Assembly: GCA_030704615.1 (NCBI GenBank)
Contig: CM060733.1
Span: forward strand, 24,986,001-25,050,000
Reading direction: 5' to 3'
DNA length: 64,000 bases
Source: Takakia lepidozioides
Taxonomy: Eukaryota; Plantae; Bryophyta
Below, piece after piece: positions 38,593 to 52,931 of the stretch. The notes under the pieces are model-generated. The model saw only the letters and a program-made list of their open reading frames with translations. It did not search any database and had not been told where the DNA came from. The number at the start of each line of letters is the position of its first letter. The first letter of the stretch is position 1. A program made the translations under genes and the position numbers.

Positions 38593-39170
38593 TCATGGAA
38601 AATTAGACAGAATATTTCTCATATTCAAGTGCATGGGCTTTCCCCAGTAATACATGTGCTTCACATAGTACCACTCCCGATGGTTTTTTTCCAGGGACGC
38701 TGGATTTTCAGGGAAGATATCAATGGCCTTGCTGGCCAAGTCGTAAGTGCACACCTTTCCAGACTGCTCTGAAACAAACACAACAGAGCTGCAGGAGCCA
38801 TCGGAACCGAGAAACGGCACTGCAGTGGTCATACGCCACCACTCATCAAGCAGATCATCCACCAAGATCATCCACCAATTCAGCGGTGATAATCTGGCGA
38901 CCTTCTTGGCAGAGTGATCCATCGATAATCTCGTGCATCCAGAGACTGGAATCTCCCCAGACCCAACGCATCAGGAACAACCGGTCACCGCTCACAACCA
39001 GACGAGGAATCACTTCAGACCTTAGGTCATGGCTAATCAACCTCCAAGAATCTCCAGACTCAGCTGAGAAGATGCCAAAACTCGTTCCACCCCATAGAAA
39101 CTACGTACAATCTTCCACGGAAGAAGGTAGAGCACAGTGCATATGGAACTGGACAAATTTCATTCCAGTT
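38593..39170 (-). pseudogene. Possible F-box-associated/kelch-like beta-propeller fragment
   Basis: Two frameshifted ORFs with PRLVVSGDRLFLM...W..EI and VVFV...GKVCTYDL, patterns seen in plant F-box C-termini. Weak. Confidence 0.35.
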
Positions 39171-39278
39171 GCCCCGATCACAGTTGCAGAGACCCAAGCC
39201 GATGTTGCAAATATGAAATCCTAGACACCATTCAAGGATGCAAATGTATCAAACAACACTGAAAGGAGCAAGGATCCC

Positions 39279-39430
39279 GATGTAGCTACACCAGATAATA
39301 CGTATGCCAAGAACACCTACATTAGAAAACGCCCAAATTTAGATGTAGCTACACCAGATAATACATATGCCAAGAACACCTACATTAGAAAACACCTAAA
39401 TTTAGATGTAACTACACCAGATAATACTTA
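39279..39430 (+). repeat. Tandem repeat, about 63 bp x 2.4
   Basis: GATGTAGCTACACCAGATAATAC...CATTAGAAAAC...AAATTTA repeated. Confidence 0.85.
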
Positions 39431-39632
39431 CACCCAAATTTGGAAGATATACTTTTCACTAGTTAATACAATATGTGTTGTCCAGATGATTTTGGGGTCA
39501 AATCCTGTTACATGGCAGAAATAAGCATTAGTTTCATAAAAACCATCGGTGGAACAAAAGTTATGATATATAGACTCTAGTATTCAATGATGCTTAATAA
39601 TTGGCATGGACTTGATGAGTCTGGGATCGAAC

Positions 39633-40226
39633 CAGCGTGGTCGGTTATCATTTTTTTCAAAGTTCATGAGGTTCAGGTGACTCATGCAGTAGTAACCTCC
39701 GGTTCTAGGTGAAATATGCACATTGAATGAAGGTTATTTGCAGGTTACGGTTATGAAATTTTGAATAGTATTTGTCGATCAATAAACAAATCATAACCTA
39801 TGGTGATATTTAAGTCGGGTCTTTGTTATAACCGAAATATAATTTGCCTTCCATGGATATAATTGAAGTACTCTAAGCAGGCTGCAGAACCTAGCCTGCA
39901 GAACCTTGCTCAGGTTCAATGTGCCGTTTCAATCAATGTACAGTATAGACACTTGGACACCAAAAGAAAACTATTATTTGCTATGAAATCATAGCTACTA
40001 TAACCGCTTCCGTCAACTTAAAAGATATCCGGGTCGGTTCTATGTCTTCCGATGCTATTCACTCACAGGTTCAGGGTGTTTCACCGGGTATTTGAGTTGT
40101 GCAGTACCATCGGTGTTCAATGTCCACGGTTCTCTCTTATGCTCATAACCTCCGGCTATAATTACCCTTACCCGGCAAATAACCTGTAATTAACCGGGTG
40201 GGTCCTTGATTATCGATCCAACACTG
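39633..40226. mobile_element. Non-autonomous hAT element
   Basis: Degenerate TIR CAG(C/T)GT.G.TCG..ATCA and 8-bp TSD GATCGAAC (39625-39632, 40227-40234). An empty-site paralogue GGGATCAAACCTTTGC occurs at about 40953. Confidence 0.75.
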
Positions 40227-40320
40227 GATCGAACCTTTGCATGCCCCAAAAGTTTATTTGCTTTTGTTGAATTTAAGCATTAGTTTCATGAAAAAGAAAA
40301 TTAGTGGACCAAACTTATAG

Positions 40321-40822
40321 TCCCCTTAAATTCTGCCTACCTGCTTGCTCTACTTCCTCTCTCTTCCTCCTCTCCTGCTCATTCCCCTGCCCCGTTCCCC
40401 CCTTGGCGGTTCCGTTTAATCTCCTGCCCTCCCTAGCCTCTCCTTAGGGCTCCTTCTCGTTTCTCTCCCCCTGTTCCGTTTCATCTCTTCTTGATTCTTT
40501 ACATTTCCCTTGGGAAGGGCTCGGTATTTTTAGGCAGCAAGCCTGATCGTCACTTTAGTCTTCCTGCGTTGTATTATTTTCGCCCAAGGTGGGCGCTAAA
40601 AGGGCTCGGTTTATTTTAGGCAGAAAGCCTGATCAAGAACTTAGTCTTCTTATGGAGTTAAAAGTCCAGGATATATCTCTTCAGGTTACGGTTCTCAATT
40701 ATCCAGCACGGCCTCCGTGTGAACAGCCTTATGGCAGCCTAATGGCACTCAAGGGTTGTAATTATTTTCCCTTCGAATAATTCCTCAATAAAGTTTCCAT
40801 CCTGGGCACTGGCCCTGTTCTT

Positions 40823-40850
<28 letters not shown>
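40321..40850 (+). mobile_element. Retroposed non-coding insert (LINE 3' UTR/SINE-like)
   Basis: AATAAA near the 3' end, (TA)n tail at 40823-40848, approximate TSD CAAACT(T)TATAG, and an internal duplication of AGGGCTCGG...AAGCCTGATC. Confidence 0.5.
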
Positions 40851-40853
<3 letters not shown>

Positions 40854-41329
40854 AACAAACTTTATAGTGTATAGATTTTAGAATGGTTTGTTATTCAATG
40901 ATTGGCACTGACTTGATGCTATAGAGCGCTGATCTTGGGTGGTAAAGATTATGGGATCAAACCTTTGCACACCCCAAAATTTGTTCATTTCTACAGAAAT
41001 TAGGAAAAAAACATGAGTACCATACAGGAAAACACAATCTCTTGGTTCGTCCCTCACCGTCAGGTGTGCATGCCTTATGGCACGACAAGGGTTTTTTTTT
41101 TCCCGAAATTAATAAAATACTGGGCCTTCATCCCCTTTATTGGAAAAAAAAACACACAATTTGAAATTAGTGGAACAAATGCACGGATACATGCGAGCCC
41201 TGCACTCACATAGTTATGAATTGGTTGTGAAATGATTAACATAATATGGGAGGTTAAATGCGAGGTAAATTGGTTTATGGTTGGTCCCTCTCTAAGCTCT
41301 CCCTATTTTTACTCAAGAGCTATGGCAGA

Positions 41330-41850
41330 ATTAGCTGAGATGACTATAACATAATTAGATACTGAACTTGATTTATCTCCAACTGCTATTGACACTCTAA
41401 CTTGAGTCATTATTAACTGAAAATAACTTAAAATAAATAAACAAAATTAGTTGAGATAATTATAGCATAAGTGCATGCTGATCTTGAATTATCTCCGGTT
41501 GTTATTCTGGTACTATAACTTGAGTCGCTAATTCAAGGTAACTGAATAATTAGCTGAGATAACTATGGCATAACTGGATGCTTAGTTATTTGGAGTTGCT
41601 ATTCTGCCACTATAACAAGTCACTCCTAATTGAAGCTAACTTAAGGAAACTAAGTAGAAGTAGACAGAGATAACTATAGCACAACTAGATGCTGAAATAT
41701 CTCTCACTGCTATTTCTGGTACTCTCACTTAAGTCAGAGTTAATTGAAACTAATTTATATTAATTGAGCAAAATTAACTGAGATAACTATAGCAGAATTG
41801 GATGCTCTATTTGAGTTATCTCCATCTGATATTTGGTACTATGACTTTGT
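41330..41850 (+). repeat. Degenerate satellite-like array, 5 units of about 103-116 bp
   Basis: Core TTAGCTGAGATAACTATAGCA at about 41331, 41447, 41550, 41660 and 41774, each followed by GATGCT...TATCTCC...TACT. Confidence 0.8.
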
Positions 41851-44155
41851 AAATTATTTGTATCTCCATGTATTGAATATAAATCTTGATGCATAATTAA
41901 TCGTGGATCATTTGAATTCAGATCTTTTAAATGTTGAATGACACTGTGCCGTAATATTAGGCAATACATCTCATTTAACCAACCGTATCGGAAAAATGAG
42001 TTTCTTATTACTTAAGCAAATTTATTGTGTCATATAAAAAACAATTCTGGAAAATTAAAACAATGTCTATGATTTGTTATTGAATCTGTGGATTTTGTAT
42101 ATTTATATTATTATATTATTAAAATTATGATATAGAAATTGATAAATAAATTTAATATGTAATCAGTTATGAGCTTTTGCTTTGTCACTTCCAAGTGACC
42201 TTACGCAGTGAAGTGCATGAGGCTGCCATCACTGTACGCTGCACAACGGACCTTGAATATGCTGTGGAAAGAGCAGCAAGCTGGGAGCTGCCAGGCAACA
42301 CTGTGCAATGCTCCCTCCTGCAATGCTCTTGTCAGAAATAAAACCTGGAATATGCTATGGAATTGTGCCTCCATGCAGGGCCCCACTGCAATCCTGCACT
42401 GTACTCACTGAATTGGGGGAGTCTCTGATTCCACTTTGGAGCTTTCCCTGTGAATATCAGTGAGCACTGTGGACCTGCAGTCATTGTTGAGTCCTGAGGA
42501 GTCCTCCATGCTGCTGGGCCCTCACACGCTCGCGGGCGGCTCTGGTGGCCGCCGGAGGTGACCCGAGGGTCTGGCGGGTCGCCGCCTTGACGAGTTGCCT
42601 GTACCCAAATTTGGTTCATGTCCAAATTGGATCCTGGTACATTCTTAGGGAAGATCCGTGGGCGCTTGTCTGTTTCGGTTGGACTGCAAACTGAAGTACA
42701 TAGAAAGAAGGACAAGACCGTGGATTGCCTGCAGAATGTGTTGGTTTGATATGCAACGACAAATTTGGTGATGTCTGTGTGAGCATCAACTGCACAAAAT
42801 GTCGAACATGATGTCAGGAACTGCAAGCCAGCATGCATGTGGGATCCTGTAGCTGGACGAACATGATGGACCGGTCAGCTACGGCAGATAATCTCCTCTT
42901 ACAGAGACGATGAAGGCCCTGAAACAGCTGCAGCTGGTTTGGCTCCTTTTCCAGTGTCCGGAGCATGAACAGTGTCGGTACTAGCCTGTTTTATTACAGC
43001 GAATTAAGGCAAAAACAATGTGGCTGCATGTGCTCTCATGGTCTGGTGGTCTACGAATCCTCTTCACAAATTTAATAATACATGCATTATACCAGTTGGG
43101 TCCCTTATCGCCTCAGTCGATCATGATCCCCGACAAAAGTGCAATAAGGTTGCTATGATGGCCTTCCAATCTTTTATATACTAGCACTTGTACTCACTAG
43201 AGCTTTGCTTTCCTTGAGAAGAAAAGTAAAGCTCGATCACGGTATGATATATTTAAGGGGGCCAGTTTCGCGAGATGTGCGCAGCAGAAGTGGTCATTGC
43301 ACGAAGAGGGTCCCGACCCCGTCACTGATCCATCCTTTCGACACTCTTCAGGGCCTCACTCAGTCTTCAGCTCTCTTTTATATACAGGTTGTAGATTTCC
43401 TTGTATCAATTGGTTTTGGCTAGCTCTGTTGATTCCTTCCGCTAGTTAGGAAATCCAGGCCTAATGTAGCGGCACAAAGTTAATGCTCAAGGTCGCTATA
43501 TCTAGCATATGATATATCCCAGCGGAACAGTAGGGAGAAGTGAACGTCGAGATCTCTATTGAACTTGATAGAGATGCTTAGCAAGATGTATCTTGGGTCC
43601 ACCGTCCAGCACACTATCCATGAGGATGTCCATCAGTAAGGGTGCGCCACGTTGGGTCCTGAGTTGTCGCCTTTTTGTAGACCTCATTGCTGCTGTTGCG
43701 TGCTTGCGGCCTCAATCGCCTCGCTTCCCCTGGTTGTCGGGATCCTGGTCAGCGTCAAGCTTCCTTTTGATGGCACCAGCTTCTTATGATCATGACTCAA
43801 GTGAGTATGCTGTTGAGGAACTGTGGAGCTGCCGGAAATTGCAGACGTCGACCCTTGGTCGACGCCAGGCAAAGACCCGTAGACAAGGGAGGCTGTTTCT
43901 CCACACTACTTAAAGGAACTTGAGGGCAGGGAAAGCCAGGGTGAGAGAGCAGCTCTAGGCAGAGCTGTTGTATAAAAACATCATCTCAAATACTGCTGAG
44001 CAGCTGTAGCATCAAGAGGCTCTGCCGAAGAACCAGTGTGCACGCCGGATTTGGATCTCTTTCCACCCATACCCACGTCCACGGCTGTAATTAAGAGACT
44101 TCTTAGCTATTGGATCTAGGTGTCCAGCATAAATCATAGCATTGGGTCATCGAAG

Positions 44156-47100
44156 ATGGCCAAATCCAGAACCCGAGAATTCTTGAGCATTGCTTTACTG
44201 TGTCTGACGGCAATTCTGAGTAGAGCAGTTGTATGCGAGGGAGCCCGATACCCGGGACTGAGAAACGCTAACTTGCAAAATCCCAATGTGAGTGTGGCTC
44301 CGCAAAGTGTTACCAACACAACTGTATTTCATCATGAGCTGCGAAACCCTGTCTTCAGCTCCATCAACAGGCGTACCCTGCTCAGCTGCAGTGACCCCAA
44401 CCCTTATTTGTCCATGTCCATTGATGCCACCTCGCCTTTGTCCGATGTTCAGACCGTGACAGTCACTGTGAGTGGTATTGTCTCACCAAGCGACGACGAC
44501 TGGATCGCCGTCGTCTCGCCTTCAAGTGCCCAGTCAGTCTCTCTCCCCCTCTCTCTCTCTCTCTCAGATGCATTTTCGATAATTCTTTGTTGGTTACCCT
44601 TGCAAAAGTCGTTCGCGGCACGACTGCTCTGGACCTGGTTAAATTGCAGAAAGCTCTGGGTGTAGATCCACTATTTTAGTGTATGTACAATACATGTATG
44701 GTATTCCGGTGTGAGGCAACTTACAGTAGATCATGTGCAGATAAGTATGAGAGTGCTGTCTCGTTCAGAATCATCTGACGTGCATATAGCCAGTTTGAAA
44801 ATTGATCAATTACAGTCGTGGGACTCACCGTGTCTCGTGCTGAGGATTCTTGGCGGATTAATCGACCCTTTCTGGACAGATAATGGACCATAGTTTCAAG
44901 TAAGAAAATCCGCGCTTTGTGCAGAGCTCCATGGATTGGATATATTCAATTCATTCAAGTACTCCGATCCATAGACTGTACTTGTAGAGGGAATACCTGA
45001 GCCTGGTGAAAAGAATAAAAGGTCCCTACATGCAATCTTAAGTGAAGATCTTTGTTTCTAAGTAGCTCGTCATAATTAGTTAACAACACCAAAAGACCGA
45101 GGCCACTTGTTCCGAAGTTGAAAGTCGGGTGTCAAGTTGGTACAGCAAGGGGGCTTAGTCTAAATCAGAATTCACGTTACCTCAAATGAATGCCTCTAAC
45201 CAACGGTGTGTGACAATGGGTATGTTCATGGCTGGACTCTGGTGCCGCGGAATATTATCGGGCTGCTGACATTCAACCAAACTAGAGTGAAGGATTGTCC
45301 ATTGAACGAGGCCCTCTACGTGGAGACTGGGGATCTCTCTTCACTTCCCCTCTTATGTCACTATCCTGTCAAGGTAGGATTTACATGCGATTCACTGACA
45401 TCCTCAATGGCCCAATTGTGTAGATCGTCAGGTTGTGAGTATATCGTGAATCTGCTGTAAACCCACTTGCTATTCAGCACTGTGTGCTCTTTTGCTGGAC
45501 CAAATATGCCAGCTAGGTAGAATTGCGTGTAGACCTCTCTCTCCCGCCCTAAAAGTTAAAATAGCTGAACTTTGTATATGTCATGAGTATGCCTTCACCC
45601 GCCGAAGCTGGCAGGTGTCCCGAAACATTTATCTACACTTAGAATTTACAGTGGTCGAACAGTTGTCTCAACTGAACCTGTTCCATTTATACCTGTCAAA
45701 TGCACAAGTGATCGACATTCTTGTATACGAGCGTCATGTATATTCAATGCGCATGCGCACTATTGTACATAACTAACACTGCGTGGGTGGGTGCAGTACC
45801 AATATGTCTCGGCAGACCCACAGTATTTATCATGTGGAAAGAGCGAGTGTCAGGAAAGTGTGATGGGGAGTTGTTTGATCAAGACGTGCAGCGCCTCTAT
45901 CAGTTTCCGCCTCATCAACATAAGGACGGATGTCTCGTTCGTGTTTTTCGCTGGTGGCATGGCTGCGCCATGCATTTTAAACACCTCAAGCGCGGTCTCA
46001 TTCGCCAACCCCTCCTCGCCCCTCTATGGTCATCTCTCCAGCGTCGACTCCACTGGAACCTCGGTACACAGCGTATCTTCTTTCTTGGGATGCAAAATTT
46101 CATATTCCCGGAGGCTCCAGGTTTCAACTTAGAAGTAGCAGTTCATCCAGATATCTTGAAATGTTCAGCCAAATTTCCCATACGTTGGCTTGAGGCCCGC
46201 CAATTCATCCGAGCTTTTCAATAGCTGAACTATCGATGTATAGGGGAACTCATAGTGGGTTGTTCAAGCCTTACTGATCAAGCTTGCCAGTTACTCAGCA
46301 TAAATTCAGTAGTCGCCAGAAATGTCTGGAGTTGACGAGCTAACACTTGTGTTGCCTTTCGGTTTTGGTTCATGAATAGATGAGATTGACCTGGGTGAGT
46401 GGTGACGGGAACCCCCAACAAATAAATTACAATGGCCAGACCGCAACCTCCACAGTTTCTACATTCGCTCAAAACCAGATGTGCTGTAAGTAATATTTAC
46501 CATTCTTAGATCTGGATAGTTCTCTTCAAACTGGGGAATGAGATTTGAACATTGAACTGTTGGAGAGCAGAGCACATTGAAATAGTGCCCTGGAATGTTG
46601 TGTGCTTGCAGCTTCAGTTGCAAGCCCTGCAACTGATTTTGGATGGCACGACCCGGGAAACATTCACACAGCCGTAATGACTGGGCTGTCCCCCTCAACC
46701 GCCTACACTTACACATACGGCAGGTAAGGCATGGATGGCGCAGCTGAATTGATTTAGATCACCGTAACTTCCACCCATTCGGAGGCAATGGATCTATGCT
46801 TTGAACAATGATAAATCGTAAAACTACTACAGTATGCTTTAGCTTAAAACCAGATCGCACGCGAAAAATCAAACTTTGTACACATGGCAGTTCAGCAAGA
46901 TTTCTAGCTCATCTCGCTCGACAATGATCGGTTTACAGTCCATGGCGAGATTGTAGAGAGGTAAAATTGCCAACACAGTGTGTGACATGTTGGGAGCACA
47001 AACTTCGTCAAGAGACTGAAGGGGCATTGAAGTAGAGCTCTTCAAGAACTGGGAAACACTAACTACTTCCAGGACAGATTACAGGACCCAGATAATTACT

Positions 47101-49857
47101 AAGCCCGGAAAGTATATGCAGTAATCGATCGGATGGCCCCTAGTGATGCACTCCATGTTTTTGTACTTCGTGTCTGTACAGTGCTTCAGCGGGATGGAGT
47201 GCTAGCACCAGCTTTAAAACTCCGCCAGCTGCAGGGGCGAGCGCGGTGAACATTGTCATGTATGGCGACATGGGAAAGGCCGAGCGTGACAACTCCGGTG
47301 AACACTATGTCCAGGTATGTCTGTCCCAGGGAAAGGGGAAGAGACGTCGAAGAGTGCAGTGTACACCTCTAATTCCAATTTCGCTACCTCTTCCAGGTGA
47401 GTTTTCACACATGTGATCATGTACGTATTGCTGAGATGGACATGCCTGGGGATGTGCAGCCTGGATCGTTGGGAGTAATAGATGCAGTAGGAAGTCAATT
47501 GACTTCTTCAGGAAATGTGGACGTCGTGGTGCACATCGGCGACATAAGCTACGCCACAGGCTTTCTGGTAGAGTGGGACTCATTTTTGGAGATGATCAAC
47601 CCTGTTGCTTCCAGAGTCTCCTACATGACAGCCATTGGCAACCATGAAAGGTGCAGCCCGGCCCTCAATCCCCTGAAGTTTACAGCTATATAATTAAGAT
47701 CAAATTCCCGAACCGTCTGGGTGATGAATTGACGGTATTTCACTGGAGTGGGCACACCTAGCCTTTGTGATGTAACACCCCTAGCATGGATTTTACGTCT
47801 CCCACAGGATTTTGGGGCTGATGATCTGACATAATGTGAAGGTCTCATTTGAAAGGAACTATTTCAGTTGAAGCGAGGGCTCCCTGTGCAGCGATGGGCT
47901 AACATCAGTAGGCTAGGGGCTTAAGCTAGCCTCCAAGAATTTTCTTTGGTTGCCGAGATGAGTGTCACGGATGATACAAAATAAATCTCTAGAGTTCCAT
48001 AGACTCCCATATAGAAGCAATGACACTTCCAAGGTTCTTTCGATATCCTCAATGACTGTCACGCACTTGGTCACATGTGAGTATTTACAAATCGCGTGAA
48101 TCTGGATACATGTTGGAATGGCAGAGACTTCCCAGGCTCTGGTTCTGTCTACGAAACTTCCGATTCTGGGGGTGAATGTGGGGTGGCATACGAGTCATAT
48201 TTTCAAATGCCAACATCAGCACAGGACAAGCCATGGTACTCTTTTGAGTCGGGCCCCGTGCATTTCACCATCATGTCGACTGAGCACGCTTGGACATCTG
48301 GAAATGAGCAGGTTTAAACTCTTCTGCCTAATTAGACTCTGAAGACTAGCCCTTGACATCTTCAGGTTGGTCATCATCTTTTCCTTGACTTTCTCACGAC
48401 CCACCCTGGAGGTATATGACATGATGTAGAGGGTGCCTAGACTGGATTTCATTTCTAAATAGACCTACAGACCTCATAACTTTGGTATAATGATCTGGAC
48501 TAGGAAAGCCAGGTTGACCCGTTAACGAGCTACCATTCAATTGTACTTGGTTGGCACAGCTAGTACCTGCCTTGTGGTCACGTGTTTTGCTATGAAACGA
48601 ACCTGTTTTTGAAGATGGGATGATTGATCTTCTGGTGCAGTTCTAAAATTCCTTACAAATTTTGATATGTCGTACGTCTGTCACCAGTATGACTGGATTA
48701 TAAACGACCTGGCTTCAGTGGATCGAACTAAGACACCATGGGTTATTTTTGCCGGGTAAGAATGCATGATTCAACTTTCTGAAGGCACGTCTCAAGTGCC
48801 AAGCTTCTGGTCCCCTCGGAATAAGACTCGAGATCTCTCTTTAACAGTTGTCCCTCTCTAAATTTATGTGTAGATCACGATGGCTTTCACTTTGTTTCTG
48901 ATGTGCTCCCTGAGGATAACCTTAGCTTTCTGGATAGGTCTAAAAGTTGGTGCTCACTTGAGATCTCGAGTAATAGCTACGTAGTTGCACATGGACGTGT
49001 GATAGAGTTTCTCCATATATTGCAGGCATCGCCCAGCATACTCGTCCAAAGACAGTAGCATCGTGAGCAAGCTCTTGCCAGCTGTGGACCCCAATTTTCC
49101 CCCTGCTATAGAGCCTCTGCTTCTGAATGGCAAGGTACGTAGTTCATCCTTCATTTCCAGCACTTTCCAGTTGAGAACATTTTAAGCATTTGTTACGAGG
49201 AGGACGTGTTTAGATTAACTGTTTAAAGCTTCTTTGTTCGCTCGTGATGTCCCTAACTTTTTGGACGTTCATCAATTGGGAATCGATATAGACTTACTTG
49301 TGCATGCTTCAGGTCGTAGATCACCATCTGGACATGGAATTCTCCTAGTCTCATACATTTGCACACTGTGCATCTTATATTGAAGAGGAACATAGGTTGC
49401 TACGCTAGGCGCTTTCTTCAAAATTCCAGCGACCCCTAGAACTAAACTTAGCGCCTTCGTTGTGCAGCAAGGAATTGGTGCCACCACAAATTCCAATTTA
49501 AGGGGAAGATCAGGAGGCTTTTGAGCTGACGTGTTGATGCTTTTGTTGGCTTAGGTGGACCTGGTGGTATGGGGACATGTGCACAACTATGAGCGCACAT
49601 GTGCAGTGTATCAAAACAACTGCTTGGGCATGCCTTCAAAAGACACCAATGGTCTTGATACCTACAACTCTGCCATTTACACAGCCCCAGTGCACGCTGT
49701 CATCGGCATGGCTGGATTCACTCTAGACACCAAATTCTCATCATCCGTAAGCTGTCGACCTAATTCTTTCTAGATCAACATAGGTCTGCAGGCAGATCCC
49801 TGGCTTGTCTCTAACGCGAATCTATGTAGGAGGTGCCAGACACTGGTGTTTGTATGC

Positions 49858-49895
<38 letters not shown>

Positions 49896-50338
49896 CTTTC
49901 TATTTAGGCCTCATCCGCTAACAGGGAACTTCGGTGGATTTCACAGCCAGGAGCATGGAGTCTGTCGCGCATTTCGGAATATGGTTACAGCTACATCCAG
50001 GCCAATGCTAATCGCCTCCTTTTCCAGGTAGGAAATTGATGTCTATGAACTTTCCGAATTCTTCCACACATGCAAAGGACCAAGAATATTGCATTCATGC
50101 ACGAAGTCGACGTAGAGTGCAAAGGTCTGGCAGTCTTGCAGTAGTTCAGGTGCAGTTCTGAGCTGCACAAAGAGAATATACATATATGCCTGCGATGCAT
50201 AAGGCTGATGAGGATAGGCAGAAACAGACACAACCCATGAAAGACTAATCGCGTGCTTCGCTGAATTTACTTGTTGTGCAGTATATATCCTCTACAAGTG
50301 GGCAAGTGAAAGATTCCTTCGCAATCACGAAATCATGA
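44156..50338 (+). CDS. Purple acid phosphatase / nucleotide pyrophosphatase-phosphodiesterase (long PAP type with N-terminal FN3-like region), about 655 aa, predicted signal peptide
   Basis: 13 in-phase GT-AG exons: 44156-44532, 45286-45373, 45797-46063, 46380-46485, 46612-46723, 47182-47314, 47460-47650, 48125-48311, 48688-48755, 49026-49134, 49555-49746, 49947-50027, 50282-50338. All metal-ligand motifs are present (GDMG, GDISY, GNHE, GHR, GHVH), as is GWHDPG. Confidence 0.93.
49861..49893. repeat. (AT)n microsatellite in a PAP intron
   Basis: Read directly from the sequence. Confidence 0.95.
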
Positions 50339-50736
50339 TCAGGACCTTAATCCATCATTCAGGGATCTATGAATCCCAATACGTTTTTCAACCTCTCAGA
50401 CATGTATTAAATTTACACATAGCTCAAATGACAGAGTGTTATATGATTCAACCGGGCCAAACGGCCCATCATCCTATTCATTCCCCCCCTCCCCCTCAAA
50501 CAAAGAGGGAGGCATGCATCAGGATTACAAAGTCTTTAAATTACTTTCAGGATTTTCGGACACAGCAGATATTTATCAAATTCCCCATTTTAAGGATCCC
50601 CCCATGGTGTAGTGACTGAGATAGGATTGAAGGCTCCACAAAGCTGGAAGGGTGACTGATTTCAAATTCAACACTAGGTCCTACGGTAGCATCGTAGCAT
50701 CCAGTCGGATGATCAATCAAACTTGTTTTTTCTTAA

Positions 50737-51023
50737 TCTATTTCAATTTGAATTTTAACGTGACATGCCCAACTTGGGTGTGGAGACTTGGTCTCTTAAT
50801 GAACACCCCATCCGTCTGAGATTTTCATTGGTTTCATTCTTCGGATGGTGCAGTAACATTTTTGTTAGTATTTTCAAACTCCAGGAGATATCACGGTTGT
50901 TTTATGCAAACTACAAAAGAAAGTTGAGAATGTATCCGGGAGAGTTAGAAGGGGCTGCCCCCCGGAAAGAAGGGTCAAGTGTAGGGCCGCCCTTAGTCTT
51001 GGGTCCTCTGGCGGTTAGGCTAG
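50737..51023 (+). mobile_element. Possible non-autonomous Helitron
   Basis: A|TC start, CTAG|T end and a GCCGCC...GGCGGT hairpin just before the end. Confidence 0.35.
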
Positions 51024-52931
51024 TTATGTACTAAAGCTCAACCACTGAATCCACATCGGTCATCCAAAAAAGCCTTGTTTTTTGCTCAAGTGGCCACCGC
51101 TTCTCCCACAGCCCTCGTCTTTCCCAGTAATGTTTCCTAGTAGCTAAGGAGGTATTGAAAAGATGAGTCTCCGTGGACAAATTGGCCTTCAAGAGCAAGC
51201 TGGCAACCGACAATGAGACCAAATGCAGCTCCAAGCGAGTGACCAGTTACACACACATATGCATTTCTTGATAAAATGAAGAGCACTATAGAGCCAAGGA
51301 TCTAGAACCGGAATACTCCATGCCAGAGTAAGGCCAACAATATACACACAAGTGGCACCGCTAAGCCTACTAAGTGTAAAGGGCTCAATAAAGTAGAAGA
51401 GCCAAAGAATACCAACTACTCCTACGTAGTCAATAACTGTGCTCCTATACAGTCAGTGATCATGTGGACATCACTAAAGTTCGCTTAATTAGCCGGACGG
51501 TGCGCTGCAGGAAGGTTTGATAATTCTAACACCCCCTCTCAAACCTTACGTCACTACGAGGCAACAACTTCAGAGAGACTGCAAACCCCAAGCTCACTTC
51601 TGAATTTGGAGTACTTCGTTATGCCGAGTGGTTTTGTCAATACGTCAGCTACTTGATCACCAGTTGCTACATGAATTAGATCTATTTCTCCATTTTCTAC
51701 CTTTTCACGAATATAGTGGTACTGAACCTCTATATGTTTAGTGCGTGCATGGAACACAAGATTTTTGCGATTTTCACACTAGATTGGTTGTCACATAATA
51801 GTGTTGTGGGTTCCTGTCCCAAAAATCCGAGCTCAGCCATGAGAAATCTCAACCAGACCGTTTCTTTTGCACCCTCAGCAAGGGCACGATATTCCGCTTC
51901 TGTCGAAGACAAAGCCACAGTAGATTGCTTCTTTGAACACCAAGTGATAGCACTTTGCGCAAGACGAAATATATAGCCAGTTGTTGAGTGGCGATTTTCG
52001 GAATCTCCTGCCCAGTCTGCGTCAGTGAAGCTATTTAGGATGTCATCTGTGCCTTTCTCAAAGAACAACCCAAATCAGCCGCCCTTTACGTATCTGAATA
52101 TCTGCTTGACTGCCTCCAAGTGGGTTTGTTGGGGTTTCGACATGAAACGACTCACCACCCCTGCAGAATATGCTAGATCTGGGCGAGTGTTTGTTAAATA
52201 GACTAATTTTCCCACCATTCGCCTGTACAAGGTCGCATCAATCGCTGGTGCTCCCATGTCATTGATCAGCTTCAAGCCTTCTATCATAGGAACACAGTGA
52301 GGGTTACAGTCAACCATAAATTCCTCCAGCATTTTCTTGATATAACCACGTTGTGTCAACATGATCCCATTATGCAAATGTATAAACTCTGCTGCTAGGT
52401 AAAGATTAATGAGGCCAAGATATGTCATATCAAACGCACTTTTGAGTTGAGTCCTTAGCCACTCCACCTTCTCGGTATGATTCCCAGCGAGTAAGAGGTC
52501 AAAAACGTAGAGAATAACCATCACGATCTTTCCATTGCCTTTTTCACGCATGTAATAGAGATTGTAATCTGCGTTGCTATGAAACAAGCCTTGCGATTTT
52601 AGGTACGTATCTATCTTCGAGTACCATGCACGCGGAGCTTGTTTGAGTCTGTATAGTGTTTTGAGCAGCTTACATACCTTTGATGCATTCCCTTGATGCA
52701 TTCCCTGGTGTTGCAAATCCCTGTGGTTGCTCCATAAACACTTCCTCCTTTAGTTCCCCATTCAAGAAGGCGGTTTTTACGTCCAAGTGGTAGATAGGGC
52801 AACCTGAGTGTGTAGCAAGGGCAACCACCGCCCTTATAGTACCCCATTTTACGACAGGTGCAAATGTCTCCTCAAAGTCTATTCCTTCTGTCTGCTAAAA
52901 TCCACGAGCTACCAAACGCGCCTTGAGTTTG

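Noticed and set aside
43400-44060. NB-ARC-like remnant on the minus strand (EPLDATAAQQYL...SLPL)
   Set aside because: The similarity is too weak and is interrupted by stops.
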